A DNA stretch of 63,739 nt, filler included, from Trichomonas gallinae (taxonomy: Eukaryota), in assembly GCA_008369845.1 (NCBI GenBank). It is 4 parts of 4 records of this genome, joined end to end, with 100 filler letters (N's around TTAATTAATTAA, not from the genome) between each part and the next. Parts side by side here need not be neighbours in the genome. Positions count along the whole stretch, not along the records: positions 1 to 29,137 come from MRSU01000210.1; positions 29,238 to 47,021 come from MRSU01000214.1; 2 more parts are not named here. One strand, given 5' to 3'. The notes beneath the pieces are model-generated. The model searched no databases. It was not told the DNA's origin and saw only the letters and a program-made list of their open reading frames with translations. Below, in pieces: positions 21,880-32,380 of this stretch; the first letter of the stretch is position 1; every line of letters starts with the position of its first letter. A program made the translations under genes and the position numbers.

Positions 21880-24800
21880 ATGAAATCTTGGCTTTCGAAG
21901 GTTTTTACAAGCGAAAAGGACCCATTCATTGAGCACCTTTTTAAAGATAAGACTCTTTTCGATGATATAAAGACCTGCGTAAACAGCTGTGATTCGATTA
22001 ATAAGAATATTCAATTTCAGAAATTTGTTGTGAAGACATCAGACAAGTTTATCAAGCAGATCGGTGACTACAAACTCGTAAAAATGAAAAAGGAGTCGGA
22101 TGAAACTGAACTTCTCGAAGATTTTATAAATTCACTATTTTTAACTTTCGCAATTTCGTCATCAAATTCACAAGACTCTGTGTCAATCATACACTCGCTT
22201 TCTTTGATCTACAAATTTACGGAATCGAATAAGCAAATACCATTGAATTCTAACATTTTAGTGAATATCTGCGAAATGCTCTTATATTTTCCATTTATCT
22301 CTGATACTATCGATAATGTAATGGATCACGTCCTTAAAAACAAGAGTCACGTTGAGAGTTTACGAAATCAAAATTTTCTCAAAAAATTATTCGATGATAT
22401 GGTTATTAACAAGAAATATTCCATTCCACTACAGATACTCAGCACAAAGCTACGAACAAATTACCATAATTACGATTTCCAAGAGAATATCGATTTTCAA
22501 AATTGGTATAATGACTTTCTTCAGAAGCTGAAAACCAATGCAATACCACAAGAAAACATAGGCAGTGCTTGCACGATATTTCCGATCTTTCTAAATATAA
22601 CAAATCACGAGAATAATTTAGATAATAGAGATATACTCCAATTAATACATGACAAGCTTATTGAGATGCCGGACGCGCATAGTCTGCTGCCTAACACTCT
22701 GTACTTGTTCTCTATTACACCAGCGAAGAAAATTAATAAGACAGCATTAATGTTTTTGTATGATCATATAATTCGAATTCCAATTTCTTCTCTTTCTGTT
22801 CTTTCTATGTTTAAAACGTTCGAATTTTTGATCAGTAGCTTAAATGGCGATGTGACAAAACTAGAAAAAGCTTATCCAATTAATACAATATTTCAACCGC
22901 CTCAAAAACTTGTTAACTCAGAAGTTGCTGAAGCAATACTTACTATATCGCAGCTTTTAATACAAAACAACTTCGATAGACTTGTTTTTTGCTTGAAATC
23001 AATTTTTAATATTTTATCTAGCTATGATTTAGAGTTGAATCATACAATCTACAAACTATTGAATGAAACAATCAATACGCAGAAAATTACACTATCAGAC
23101 TTCAATGATAACAATTTTTTGCAAATATTTTTAAATAAGCCAACATTATTCATTAAATATATAAAAGAGGACCAGAATTTCGTCGAATTAGTTATAAATA
23201 CATACTGCGCTGTTCAAGATGACGACATTCAGTGGCTTGTTATGAAATTATTGATGCAATCAGATTTGAATTTTGAGCACACAACGAAATACTCACAATT
23301 CTGCAGCAGATTTATATCATTGATACCATCACAACAGATAATCATGCATGTTATGGCCTTTATCTCTGAGCATTCGAAGGAATCATTAGTTAATATTCTT
23401 ATATCAGCGTTTTGCGACAATTCTCAAGTGTGTGACATATTCATACAAAATGCAGGCATGCAGTGGATAAGTAATCTAATGCTAACAACAGATTTGCCTC
23501 CAATATTATTTTCTGTTCTTATAAGTTCACTGATGCACCACAAAGTATATGATGAGATAAACGACTGGATTAAATCATTACCATTGGACCATCCGCTTTT
23601 TTCTATGGACGAAGCTTTGCTTTTTAACATTGTTTTCGGTGGAACAGCTTCGCAAACAAACATGCGTGTTCCAGCACTACTTCCTTTGATAAAAATACAG
23701 GGTCCAATGGTTTTATCGCCGTACGCTGTGTATTCAACATCGAAGAGCGCTCTTTCTGAATTCATTAGGCATGGAGTTAATATTGATGATAACAGTGTTG
23801 TGACTGATATTGCGAACAGATATATCAGTTCATCGCAGTTTTTGTATTTATTAAAAAACTCACAGAAAGTTTCATCATTTTGCTCACTTACTAGTGACAG
23901 CTTTCCTCTGTTTGAGTTCACAAATTCATCGAGAAGCGCTGCATTCAAGACATCATTAAAATTCTCTTCTGTGACTTTCTGGGTGAAATTCGTTGATGAT
24001 AAATCTTCGCCAATCAGAGTTTTGACGACAAACATCTGCCACGTGATTTGGCAGTCAGGAATGATTTATCTTTGCTATGGAAAGACGAGATTTTCTCTTA
24101 AGTGTGATGTAGGAAAGTGGGTTTTAATTAGATTAGCCTCTGACAACGAAATTTCTTTGACGTCGAGTGTAGATTCAAAATCTGTTTCAGTTAAAATTAA
24201 TGAAATGGAATTTAACTATCTGCAGTTTGGCAGCTTCGATGAGCTCAACCCTGCAAAGTGGTATATTGGTCCAGCAATAAGAATATCATCTAAAGTTCTA
24301 AACATAAATGAAATATTTGAAGCTGGAGTTGGAAATTTCAACCAGTTTGACGACGAGTTAATTATTCATCCTTCATCGAAAGTTGCAAATCGTGGTGATG
24401 GACTTTTGTCTGTCCCTTATTGTGGATTTGCTTGGTATATGCATATTTATATAGCAGAAGTCTTCAGTGAGATAATGTCAGCAAAAACATCAAATAGAAT
24501 TGAAGAACTAATTTCATCGATAATTTATTCGAACATTATCTTTCCTTCTCTCAAAGGAATTTGGACACTGATCAAAACAGTGATGAAGGAGAAAAGCGAT
24601 CTAATTAGTCATGCGTTTTTGTTGCAGCTTTTCCAATTAATTGTCACAATTGATGACAAAAATGATTTCCAAGTAATAATGAATGATCCTGACATTTGGT
24701 TTTCTTTTAATGAGTTACTTCTCCCTTCTTTGCTATATAACATTCAAGCGAATCAAATGAAATTCATCATCAAGTGTTCGAATCTTGCATCAATATTGTC

Positions 24801-27800
24801 GACTATGTATAGAGTTTGTTCGAATAAGATGATTTTCGTTGAGTATTTACTTAAATTCACTGTGGAGTTCCAAGACTCGGTTTTCTTGACGCACCTTTAT
24901 AATCTGATTTTAGACGCTGAAAACAACCAAGTAGAAATAATCAAGTTCATCAATAGTTTTATCCAAAACACACATATTCCTATGATAGCTGATGTAATAA
25001 CTTTTGATGACATTTGCGAACTCATGGCAGTCTCAAAAGGTGAACTGAGTCTGCATTTGCTTAAATTCATTGCTTACGTATCAGCAATGAAAAATGATTA
25101 TATCACTGACAGCACAAACTTATCCTTGTGTCTATTACACAATCTAAAAGATGCATCGCTATGGACAACATTATTATATATTGCAACTGGTCAGCAACCA
25201 AATGACAAACACGAAGTTACAATAAATTCATTCACAGATTCATCACTTGTCAATTACAACATTATTCCTTTGATAATAACATTAATTTGTTACTCATGTA
25301 TCACATTGATCATAATATACATTGATTCAAACATGAATGAAGACTCCAAAATCTTCGAGAATCATGTCATGGAAATGATCTCTGTCGTTTACAATTTCTC
25401 TAGATATGACTTGGAAGCCTTTTCAACACCTGAATTACTGAACATTTTCTTGTTCTTCACTCCATTAATATTCGATTCAACTAAATTGTTTTCGCCAAAT
25501 ACACTCCAAGAAATCGCAAACATCGAAAATAATGTCGAATATCCAGAATTAAATCTTCGAAAAGCATTTCAATCATGGAGTTTCCCTAATGAGTATTATA
25601 GTGAATGGTCGAAGACAAATATAAAAACTCAGCCTATTTTCGGTTTGTCTTTCATCTCGTTCTTGACGCCAATCATTACTTATTATGCTCCAAACGTCAA
25701 ATTCCCGTTCGAAGAATTCACAGAGTTTCCAAGATTTTTAATTGCGAGGGTTTCTGAAATAACAACATTCTTTAACATGTTTTTAACTGCATCAATCAAA
25801 GACCCGCAAATCTTCAAATCTCTTTTGGAATTAATAGTTTTTAAAGCTCCACTTAAAGACTTGAAAGGTTATAGAGAATTCGGATCAAAATTAATTGGAA
25901 ATTTCATCATCAAACGTGAAGTTTATTTCGCGCCAATAGAATCATTGCAGTTTTTATTCACTTCTATTTCAGTTGAATTGAACTCCAGATCATTTGGAAG
26001 TGAGAGCTACACGATTATTACATCATCAATTACATCATTAAATGCACTTTCAAATGTTATAAAACCGCAGGAATTTTCAACATTGGTTTTACCATTGCGG
26101 CATATTATTGCTGTGACATTTGATGTATGCAAATTGGATGAAATAGAGAATTTGCTGACAATATTCTCAGCAATGAGTAATTTCTTGTTCAGCAACAAAG
26201 TTTTCGACGAATTCAATTTTAATTCATGCATGTTGGTGAAATTCTTGAATTTCTTCAAAGATAGAAACGGAACAGTCAAGAATTTCTTCGAAGTCTTCAT
26301 GTCAAAAATAATTCTAAATGATTCATATATAAACCAGTTCACAAGTGGAGTTGAAGAGAAGACGAATTTGATGACATTCATTGAAGGAATCAAAATTTTA
26401 GTAGAGAATGACCAGAAAAGTTATTTCGAGTGGTTCAAAGAGAACCAAATTGTTTATATTTCGGTTATTCAGAAATTAGAAGACATAAGTAATTCATTTA
26501 TAACAGACAACAGCTACCATCCAGAGAATTTGGATCATAATGATGATGATGTGAATTTTTCAAAAACATTGATGAGTATTTCAAATAATTTCCACTCATT
26601 GTTATTAAGAAGCAAATCAAAAATATCTCACATTAAAAATGCAATATCATTCTTGCAAGACTGTGAGATGAACTACATGCTAAGATTCACTGAAGACGAC
26701 GCAACAAGATTTTTCTGGAAAATTCAATCATCTTTAATGAAATCTAATTATAAATCAAAGAGTTTCAGACTTTCGCAGATAAAGCAGCCAATTTTGAGCT
26801 CGAGAATTATGTATCCTTCTCTTTATGAACTTTCGAGAGATGAAAGCAAAAATGAAAAAGAATATAAACCACGATGCAACTTGAATTTGATAAATTGTTA
26901 TCCAAAAGAATACACATTCATTGAGTCTTTAATAGAAAACATGCAGCTGCCTTTGATTTATTCAGGGCAAACAGTAGATCTGGCAATGCTGAACATGACG
27001 AATTTCATAAATATTTTTGAAAAACAAGAAATTCCTTTATTATGCAAATTCAACGCGTGTTTATTAAGACACACGACAACGTTTCCTGTTGTCATCTTCC
27101 AGTTCAAGACAAGCATAGCAATATTGATTGGTGCACAAATATCGAACAACAAAGAATTAGAGTTAATCAAAGAAACTCAAAATCAACTGTTGTATAAATT
27201 ATTGATTAGCAACGTCATAGACGGAATGCTTGGGCAGTTTTCTTTGTTCGCAGGCCACATAGTTTTAATTATCCCAATAGATACAATAATTTTCTCAACG
27301 AAGCATTTGGTGAATCACAAACCTTTGGGAATTCTATTCTCAACATTATATACAGGTGACATTATTTTGACATCGAAGATTACTTTCCCACAAACTTTCC
27401 AGAATATTTTCACGACGCCACAGTTCAATCCTAATATATTGCACACTATCCCACTACACGAGGCTACAACTCTGTGGGCGAACAACAAAATCACGAATTA
27501 CGAGTATTTATCAATTCTCAACATATTCGGAGGCCGCAGCACAACAGATCTCGCTCAATATCCAGTATTTCCATGGGTTATCTCAGACTACGAGAGCAGT
27601 GACTACCCGCACACAATGAGGCCTCTAGATACGGTCATGGGTCAGCTCACAGAAGCAAGAGCGAAGATATTCGATGTTTCTTATGAAACACAGAACTATT
27701 TCTATGGCGCACATTATTCTATGTCAGCGTCTGTCCACTATTTCTTGTTCAGAGTCCCTCCTTATCTATTCTTCGAGTGGGACCTTCACTGCGGATGGGA

Positions 27801-29007
27801 CAACAAAGATAGGATGTTCTTCGACATGCAGCGCGCTTGGAATTCATCATCGAAAGAGAACACGAATGACATCAAAGAACTGCTGCCCGAATTTTTCTCA
27901 CTGCCAGAATTTTTGTTCGACTCAAACAAGCTTGATGTCGAAAATGTTGTCCTTCCTCCATGGGCTAAGAATGCAGCTCACTTCATAATCGTTAATCGCG
28001 ATGAGCTTGAAAACGGAAAAATCGAGGATTGGATTGATTTGATTTTCGGTTATAGCCAGACAGGACAAGCAGCGATACAAGCACACAATGTCTTCATGCC
28101 GACGCTTTACCACAACTACGTGATGACAGAAGACGACGACATCGAGACTATTGCGCTGCAGCTTGACAACTGGGGCCAGTGTCCGATCCAGTTGTTCAAG
28201 AAGAAACACATACAGAAGAATCAAATACAGAATCAAACAGAGACAACGAAAGTCACTCTTTCTCCTTTCGCTTACAATCCATTGATTTCTTATATAGATG
28301 ATGAGAGTCTGTTCAAGGTTGACACGAACTCTCTGGCAATCACAAACGGGCAGATCATCATCGTCTTCGACAAGATGCTCGCATTCGCGAAGAGCATCGA
28401 TGTCAGCTTCAGCTGCAACTTTGCAGTTGTCGACTTTTCGAATGGACTCAGCAGAGTCTACAAACTCACTCCTGGATTCGGCAATGAGCCATTCCAGACA
28501 TTTCCGCACAACAAAAACGCATTCACGAGGATCAACAGTGTCGACTTGATCTGTGCGACAGTTGTTGACAACAAGTCCATCGAAATATGGGACTTCGTCA
28601 GATGTTCTCTTATCAGAACAATAGAATATGAAGAGAGAATTTTTGACATTTGCTTCGATGAATACGAAGGACTTCTTTATGTTCTTTTTTCTTCATTGCT
28701 GATCTGCATGACAGTGAACGGAGTTATTGTCTTCAAGGAAAAGAACATCAATCACGCGCGATGCATCTGCATGCCTCGAATAATTGATACGTGCAAGAAC
28801 AGAAGTATTTTCATCGGATTTGGAACAGGCCATGTCCGCGAATATAAACTTCAGAAGTCAACACTTGAACTCAGTTTTGTCTCAGACTTTGAGATCAGTG
28901 ACCATCCCATTAAAACATTGTCTCCAATTGTTGGAGGTGCAATAGTCATCGACACAGAGAATGAATGCTTCTGCATCAGGAAGAAAACTGCATCAACAGA
29001 AGAATAA
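21880..29007 (+). CDS. BEACH-domain protein (ConA-like, PH-BEACH, WD40)
   Basis: W..NKITNYEYLSILN..GGRS..DLAQYPVFPWVISDY, YGAHYS, KELLPEFF, VVLPPWA, WIDLIFGY and GQCPIQLF, followed by WD40-like repeats. Confidence 0.95.
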   Translation: MKSWLSKVFTSEKDPFIEHLFKDKTLFDDIKTCVNSCDSINKNIQFQKFVVKTSDKFIKQIGDYKLVKMKKESDETELLEDFINSLFLTFAISSSNSQDSVSIIHSLSLIYKFTESNKQIPLNSNILVNICEMLLYFPFISDTIDNVMDHVLKNKSHVESLRNQNFLKKLFDDMVINKKYSIPLQILSTKLRTNYHNYDFQENIDFQNWYNDFLQKLKTNAIPQENIGSACTIFPIFLNITNHENNLDNRDILQLIHDKLIEMPDAHSLLPNTLYLFSITPAKKINKTALMFLYDHIIRIPISSLSVLSMFKTFEFLISSLNGDVTKLEKAYPINTIFQPPQKLVNSEVAEAILTISQLLIQNNFDRLVFCLKSIFNILSSYDLELNHTIYKLLNETINTQKITLSDFNDNNFLQIFLNKPTLFIKYIKEDQNFVELVINTYCAVQDDDIQWLVMKLLMQSDLNFEHTTKYSQFCSRFISLIPSQQIIMHVMAFISEHSKESLVNILISAFCDNSQVCDIFIQNAGMQWISNLMLTTDLPPILFSVLISSLMHHKVYDEINDWIKSLPLDHPLFSMDEALLFNIVFGGTASQTNMRVPALLPLIKIQGPMVLSPYAVYSTSKSALSEFIRHGVNIDDNSVVTDIANRYISSSQFLYLLKNSQKVSSFCSLTSDSFPLFEFTNSSRSAAFKTSLKFSSVTFWVKFVDDKSSPIRVLTTNICHVIWQSGMIYLCYGKTRFSLKCDVGKWVLIRLASDNEISLTSSVDSKSVSVKINEMEFNYLQFGSFDELNPAKWYIGPAIRISSKVLNINEIFEAGVGNFNQFDDELIIHPSSKVANRGDGLLSVPYCGFAWYMHIYIAEVFSEIMSAKTSNRIEELISSIIYSNIIFPSLKGIWTLIKTVMKEKSDLISHAFLLQLFQLIVTIDDKNDFQVIMNDPDIWFSFNELLLPSLLYNIQANQMKFIIKCSNLASILSTMYRVCSNKMIFVEYLLKFTVEFQDSVFLTHLYNLILDAENNQVEIIKFINSFIQNTHIPMIADVITFDDICELMAVSKGELSLHLLKFIAYVSAMKNDYITDSTNLSLCLLHNLKDASLWTTLLYIATGQQPNDKHEVTINSFTDSSLVNYNIIPLIITLICYSCITLIIIYIDSNMNEDSKIFENHVMEMISVVYNFSRYDLEAFSTPELLNIFLFFTPLIFDSTKLFSPNTLQEIANIENNVEYPELNLRKAFQSWSFPNEYYSEWSKTNIKTQPIFGLSFISFLTPIITYYAPNVKFPFEEFTEFPRFLIARVSEITTFFNMFLTASIKDPQIFKSLLELIVFKAPLKDLKGYREFGSKLIGNFIIKREVYFAPIESLQFLFTSISVELNSRSFGSESYTIITSSITSLNALSNVIKPQEFSTLVLPLRHIIAVTFDVCKLDEIENLLTIFSAMSNFLFSNKVFDEFNFNSCMLVKFLNFFKDRNGTVKNFFEVFMSKIILNDSYINQFTSGVEEKTNLMTFIEGIKILVENDQKSYFEWFKENQIVYISVIQKLEDISNSFITDNSYHPENLDHNDDDVNFSKTLMSISNNFHSLLLRSKSKISHIKNAISFLQDCEMNYMLRFTEDDATRFFWKIQSSLMKSNYKSKSFRLSQIKQPILSSRIMYPSLYELSRDESKNEKEYKPRCNLNLINCYPKEYTFIESLIENMQLPLIYSGQTVDLAMLNMTNFINIFEKQEIPLLCKFNACLLRHTTTFPVVIFQFKTSIAILIGAQISNNKELELIKETQNQLLYKLLISNVIDGMLGQFSLFAGHIVLIIPIDTIIFSTKHLVNHKPLGILFSTLYTGDIILTSKITFPQTFQNIFTTPQFNPNILHTIPLHEATTLWANNKITNYEYLSILNIFGGRSTTDLAQYPVFPWVISDYESSDYPHTMRPLDTVMGQLTEARAKIFDVSYETQNYFYGAHYSMSASVHYFLFRVPPYLFFEWDLHCGWDNKDRMFFDMQRAWNSSSKENTNDIKELLPEFFSLPEFLFDSNKLDVENVVLPPWAKNAAHFIIVNRDELENGKIEDWIDLIFGYSQTGQAAIQAHNVFMPTLYHNYVMTEDDDIETIALQLDNWGQCPIQLFKKKHIQKNQIQNQTETTKVTLSPFAYNPLISYIDDESLFKVDTNSLAITNGQIIIVFDKMLAFAKSIDVSFSCNFAVVDFSNGLSRVYKLTPGFGNEPFQTFPHNKNAFTRINSVDLICATVVDNKSIEIWDFVRCSLIRTIEYEERIFDICFDEYEGLLYVLFSSLLICMTVNGVIVFKEKNINHARCICMPRIIDTCKNRSIFIGFGTGHVREYKLQKSTLELSFVSDFEISDHPIKTLSPIVGGAIVIDTENECFCIRKKTASTEE

Positions 29008-29060
29008 TTATATTAATTTATATATATTTTGTATATTACCTTATAAATTGTTTGTAGTAA

Positions 29061-29137
29061 TATAGTCGCGGGATAAATAGGCAAACGCGGGAAAAATAGG
29101 CAAACGCTATTTTGAAAGGATTTTATTTTAGGTTATA
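29061..29137. mobile_element. Possible DNA-transposon terminus at contig edge
   Basis: GC-richer 19-bp tandem CGCGGGA(T/A)AAATAGGCAAA x2 (29067-29104) begins after TATAGT and runs toward the gap. The other end is not visible. Confidence 0.35.
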
Positions 29138-29237
29138 NNNNNNNNNNNNNNNNNNNNNNNNNNNNNNNNNNNNNNNNNNNNTTAATTAATTAANNNNNNN
29201 NNNNNNNNNNNNNNNNNNNNNNNNNNNNNNNNNNNNN
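29138..29237. other. Assembly gap with artificial linker
   Basis: 44 N + TTAATTAATTAA (29182-29193; stops in all six frames) + 44 N. Confidence 0.97.
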
Positions 29238-29877
29238 CGTTAGATGGAGCTGCAGGAGGCGTTTTTATCATGTCACTTTTAAAATTTTCCCAAAAAGTGG
29301 AGTTTCCCCCCTTTTTGCCAATACCAATAATAAACTTATATCTAATTAATTATTATGTGCAGATTGTTTTATACTAAATATTCACATTTCAAACATATAT
29401 TGCATTAATTAATGCTTCAACATATATTCATCAACTTTTACTGTAATCTATAATTATCATAGGCATTTTCTATAAATTCTATATCAGGCTACCGTACCTG
29501 ACAGTACGCAAACTGTAAATCCTGGTCAAAAGATTATTAATATATGATTTAACTTTATACGATTTGATTTTACAATAGTATTTATATCATTATAATCATT
29601 TTTAGACTTCTGATGGTAATAGCGTCTGAAGTTTACGATAGTTATATGGATATATCCATAGAATATGAAATTTAATTAAAAATTCATTTTACATAATTAC
29701 ATAGTAATTACTTGATATTGCATTGATATATTATTATATATGACGGTATTTCTTTTGGCTTAAAGATATAACCAAAATATTGAATTCAGTATTTATCGCT
29801 TTATATTTTCATGGAACAAACAATCCAATATATATAGACATTTGCATTAAGTCATTAAGAACAAAATCAATTTCTAT

Positions 29878-30132
29878 TCAATCACTAATTTCTTCAGCTG
29901 TAATTTCTCCGTTAATTATTCCTGTAAACTCTCCAACTCCTCTTCCACTCAATTGTCCATCGAATTTACCTGATATTTGACCATTGAAACGTCCAAATAA
30001 TGCTTCGACATTTTCAACAAGTAATCTTCCTTCTCCTTCACCTGTGAATGTTCCGTTGAACACTCCAGTTAGAGATCCAGCAAATTTGCCGTAAAACTTT
30101 CCTTTAAACGAACCAATTTTTGTTTCACTCAT
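29878..30132 (-). CDS. Small Gly-periodic repeat protein (84 aa)
   Basis: ATG at 30132; G at every fourth residue in two blocks (GSFKGKFYGKFAGSLTGVFNGTFTG and GRFNGQISGKFDGQLSG...GEFTGIING); TGACATGTAAA motif 18-28 nt upstream. Confidence 0.75.
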   Translation of the reverse strand: MSETKIGSFKGKFYGKFAGSLTGVFNGTFTGEGEGRLLVENVEALFGRFNGQISGKFDGQLSGRGVGEFTGIINGEITAEEISD

Positions 30133-30432
30133 TGGCAAAAAAATAATATTTTACATGTCAAAAATCACTAAATAATTTTGAAATTGAGAATTAGACCTAA
30201 TGAACTAAATATAATGTTATGATTAAGCTTAGTCAATATATTTTTCAAGCTATTTTGGATAAATCAAAGAAAAAATAAAATATTTTCCATATGATTTTAA
30301 TTATGACAACATGCATCATAAAGTAGTAGCAGGCATTGAATAGAGGAGGCATAACATTTAGATCCGAAAAATATTTATAATGAACTTTTAAGTTTTTACA
30401 ATAAGAAAGCATGTTTTATAAATATATAAGAA

Positions 30433-31356
30433 TTATTGAGCGAGCTCTGCATAAGCAGCTTCAATACTCTTAGAGAGTAAAAAGTGATGCCTCTCGAAAA
30501 GTGAAATCTGTAAGTCCGTGAAATAATTTGAGCTTCTTGCTTGATTAATGATAGAATCAATAACAGCGATCTGGTTAGACTTTGTGGCATCACAAAGCTG
30601 TTTGAATAATTCGGCTACACCCTCTTCAAGGTTCTTATCGGCGTATGTGATGCAATCAGCGTACTTGAATGCGGAGAGGAGAAGCTGGGCCTTAAGGATT
30701 TTGATGTTTGTAAGCTGAGCCTTCATGAGCTGAGATGTGCCAATTTGTTCAGCTGCAGCATCTCCGAGCTTGTTCTGGACGTTGTCAACAACGAGGAGTG
30801 CAAGGTCAAGACGATCTGCTCTGCTGTAGCAATCAACGCAGTTGAAGACAGAATCGAAGAGTAGAGGAGGTGACAAGTGCATATCAAGGCAAAGGTTGGC
30901 AGCCTCTTCGTATGTGTTTCCAGCGTAGTGGAGGAGATCAAACTGAGCTTCTGTTTTGCCCAATTCAAGGAGGAGAACGACAGCAAGATTTGGCTTAGAA
31001 TCGCCCTTAAGAACGTCAGCGGCGACTCTGTAGCAGTGAAGGCCATCGGCAAGAGGATCGCTCCATGTATCACGGAGGTTTCTAGAGATGCTGAAATTGA
31101 AATTGGCAGATTTGATGAAAAGACGGGCAGCCTTGACAGCTGTGCGAACTGTTTTCTGCTTGTCTTCTATTTTTTGCCAGCATTGCATCTCACCAAATTT
31201 GGCGAGTGCAACAAGTCCACATTCGAACGGATTCTCTTCGTCCTGAGTCCTTGAGAGTTCATCGAACTCGGCAGCTGTTTCTTTGAGGGAATTTTTGGTG
31301 CGGAAGAGCTTTGTGAGTTTGGCAGAGATTTCGTCGAATCGCTTGTAGAAGCTCAT
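30433..31356 (-). CDS. HAP40/F8A1-like (SNAP/TPR-like) protein
   Basis: N-terminus SFYKRFDEISAKLTKLFRTKNSLKETAAEFDELSR parallels HAP40 [40 protein letters not shown] and LAVVLLLELG...AGNTYEEAANL also align. TCAT initiator abuts ATG 31356. Confidence 0.7.
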   Translation of the reverse strand: MSFYKRFDEISAKLTKLFRTKNSLKETAAEFDELSRTQDEENPFECGLVALAKFGEMQCWQKIEDKQKTVRTAVKAARLFIKSANFNFSISRNLRDTWSDPLADGLHCYRVAADVLKGDSKPNLAVVLLLELGKTEAQFDLLHYAGNTYEEAANLCLDMHLSPPLLFDSVFNCVDCYSRADRLDLALLVVDNVQNKLGDAAAEQIGTSQLMKAQLTNIKILKAQLLLSAFKYADCITYADKNLEEGVAELFKQLCDATKSNQIAVIDSIINQARSSNYFTDLQISLFERHHFLLSKSIEAAYAELAQ

Positions 31357-31614
31357 ATGAAAAATTACGTAAAGTTTACAAAAAGTGCCAATAGGTTGCA
31401 ATTGACAACTAAAAAATGACAAGCAAAATCTGCCATTTCCCTTAATAATTGACATGTAATTTTCTCATTTTCCCAAATATTGACATGTAAAATCGTCAAT
31501 ATTCATTAAAATTGCAAATGTTTTATTTCACTTTTCGAAAAATGACGCCAAAAGTCACTTTTCATTAATTTTGTCATGTAAAATGTCAGTTGGCAAAAAG
31601 AACAAGGATTTTTG

Positions 31615-31622
31615 TCACTTTT
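31615..31622 (+). promoter_or_regulatory. Initiator element (TCACTTTT) of DTD1
   Basis: Trichomonad-type Inr starting 12 nt upstream of ATG 31627; similar elements at 8199, 19276 and 42264. Confidence 0.7.
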
Positions 31623-31626
31623 CAAA

Positions 31627-32088
31627 ATGGTTAAACTTGTTCTTCAACGTTGCAAGAGTGGATCTGTCACTGTTGATGGTAAAATCATCGGACAGATCGG
31701 AAAAGGCATCGTCGTTCTTGTTGGCATCCATCGTGATGATAAACCAGAAGATTTGGAATGGGCGATTCAAAAAATGTTGAACTATTGCATGTGGCCAGCT
31801 GAAGATGAAAAACCATGGAGGAAGAGTGTTATGGATATCGATGGAGAACTCCTTTTAGTCTCACAATTCACACTCTATGCCAGACCAAATGGAAGAAAAC
31901 CAGATTTCTCTCATTCAATGGGCCCAGAAGGTGCTGAACAAATGTACAACATGTTTGTTGAGCAGGTTAAGGCCAAATACAAAGCTGATAAGATCCAAAC
32001 AGGAAGCTTCGGTGCAATGATGGATGTTGCTCTCGTCAACGATGGTCCAGTTACAATGATCTTTGATACACTTAACAAGAAGGGTTAA
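31627..32088 (+). CDS. DTD1: D-aminoacyl-tRNA deacylase
   Basis: KLVLQR, GIVVLVGI, LLVSQFTL, GRKPDF, FGAMMDVALVNDGPVT (Gly-cisPro motif). Confidence 0.97.
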   Translation: MVKLVLQRCKSGSVTVDGKIIGQIGKGIVVLVGIHRDDKPEDLEWAIQKMLNYCMWPAEDEKPWRKSVMDIDGELLLVSQFTLYARPNGRKPDFSHSMGPEGAEQMYNMFVEQVKAKYKADKIQTGSFGAMMDVALVNDGPVTMIFDTLNKKG

Positions 32089-32380
32089 GACAAATTTCTT
32101 ATTTAATATAATCAATTTTGTAAAGTGTATATTACTGCATCTCACTGATGTATCAAAATCTATTGGATTTTTCCTATTTTTTTCTAATCTAATTTTTATT
32201 TTCCAAAAATCTGAGTCATTGTATAGTTGTCAGCATGAATAATCCACATACCAATACAATTCTAGAGCTACATAGTCTCTATGTGGTTTTTAAATATCAA
32301 GTTTTTCAAAATATATTTTGAAATATGAAATGAATTAAATAGAACCTTATTATTTGAATAAGATATATACATATATTAAT

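Noticed and set aside
29182..29193. TTAATTAATTAA palindrome repeated at three sites (also 47066 and 56911)
   Set aside because: It is always centred between 44-N runs, so it is an artificial six-frame-stop scaffold linker.
31357..31455. Longer upstream starts in the ORF track (also 7360, 31612, 35430, 35628, 43925)
   Set aside because: The extensions run through initiator and promoter motifs or use TTG; downstream ATGs fit better.
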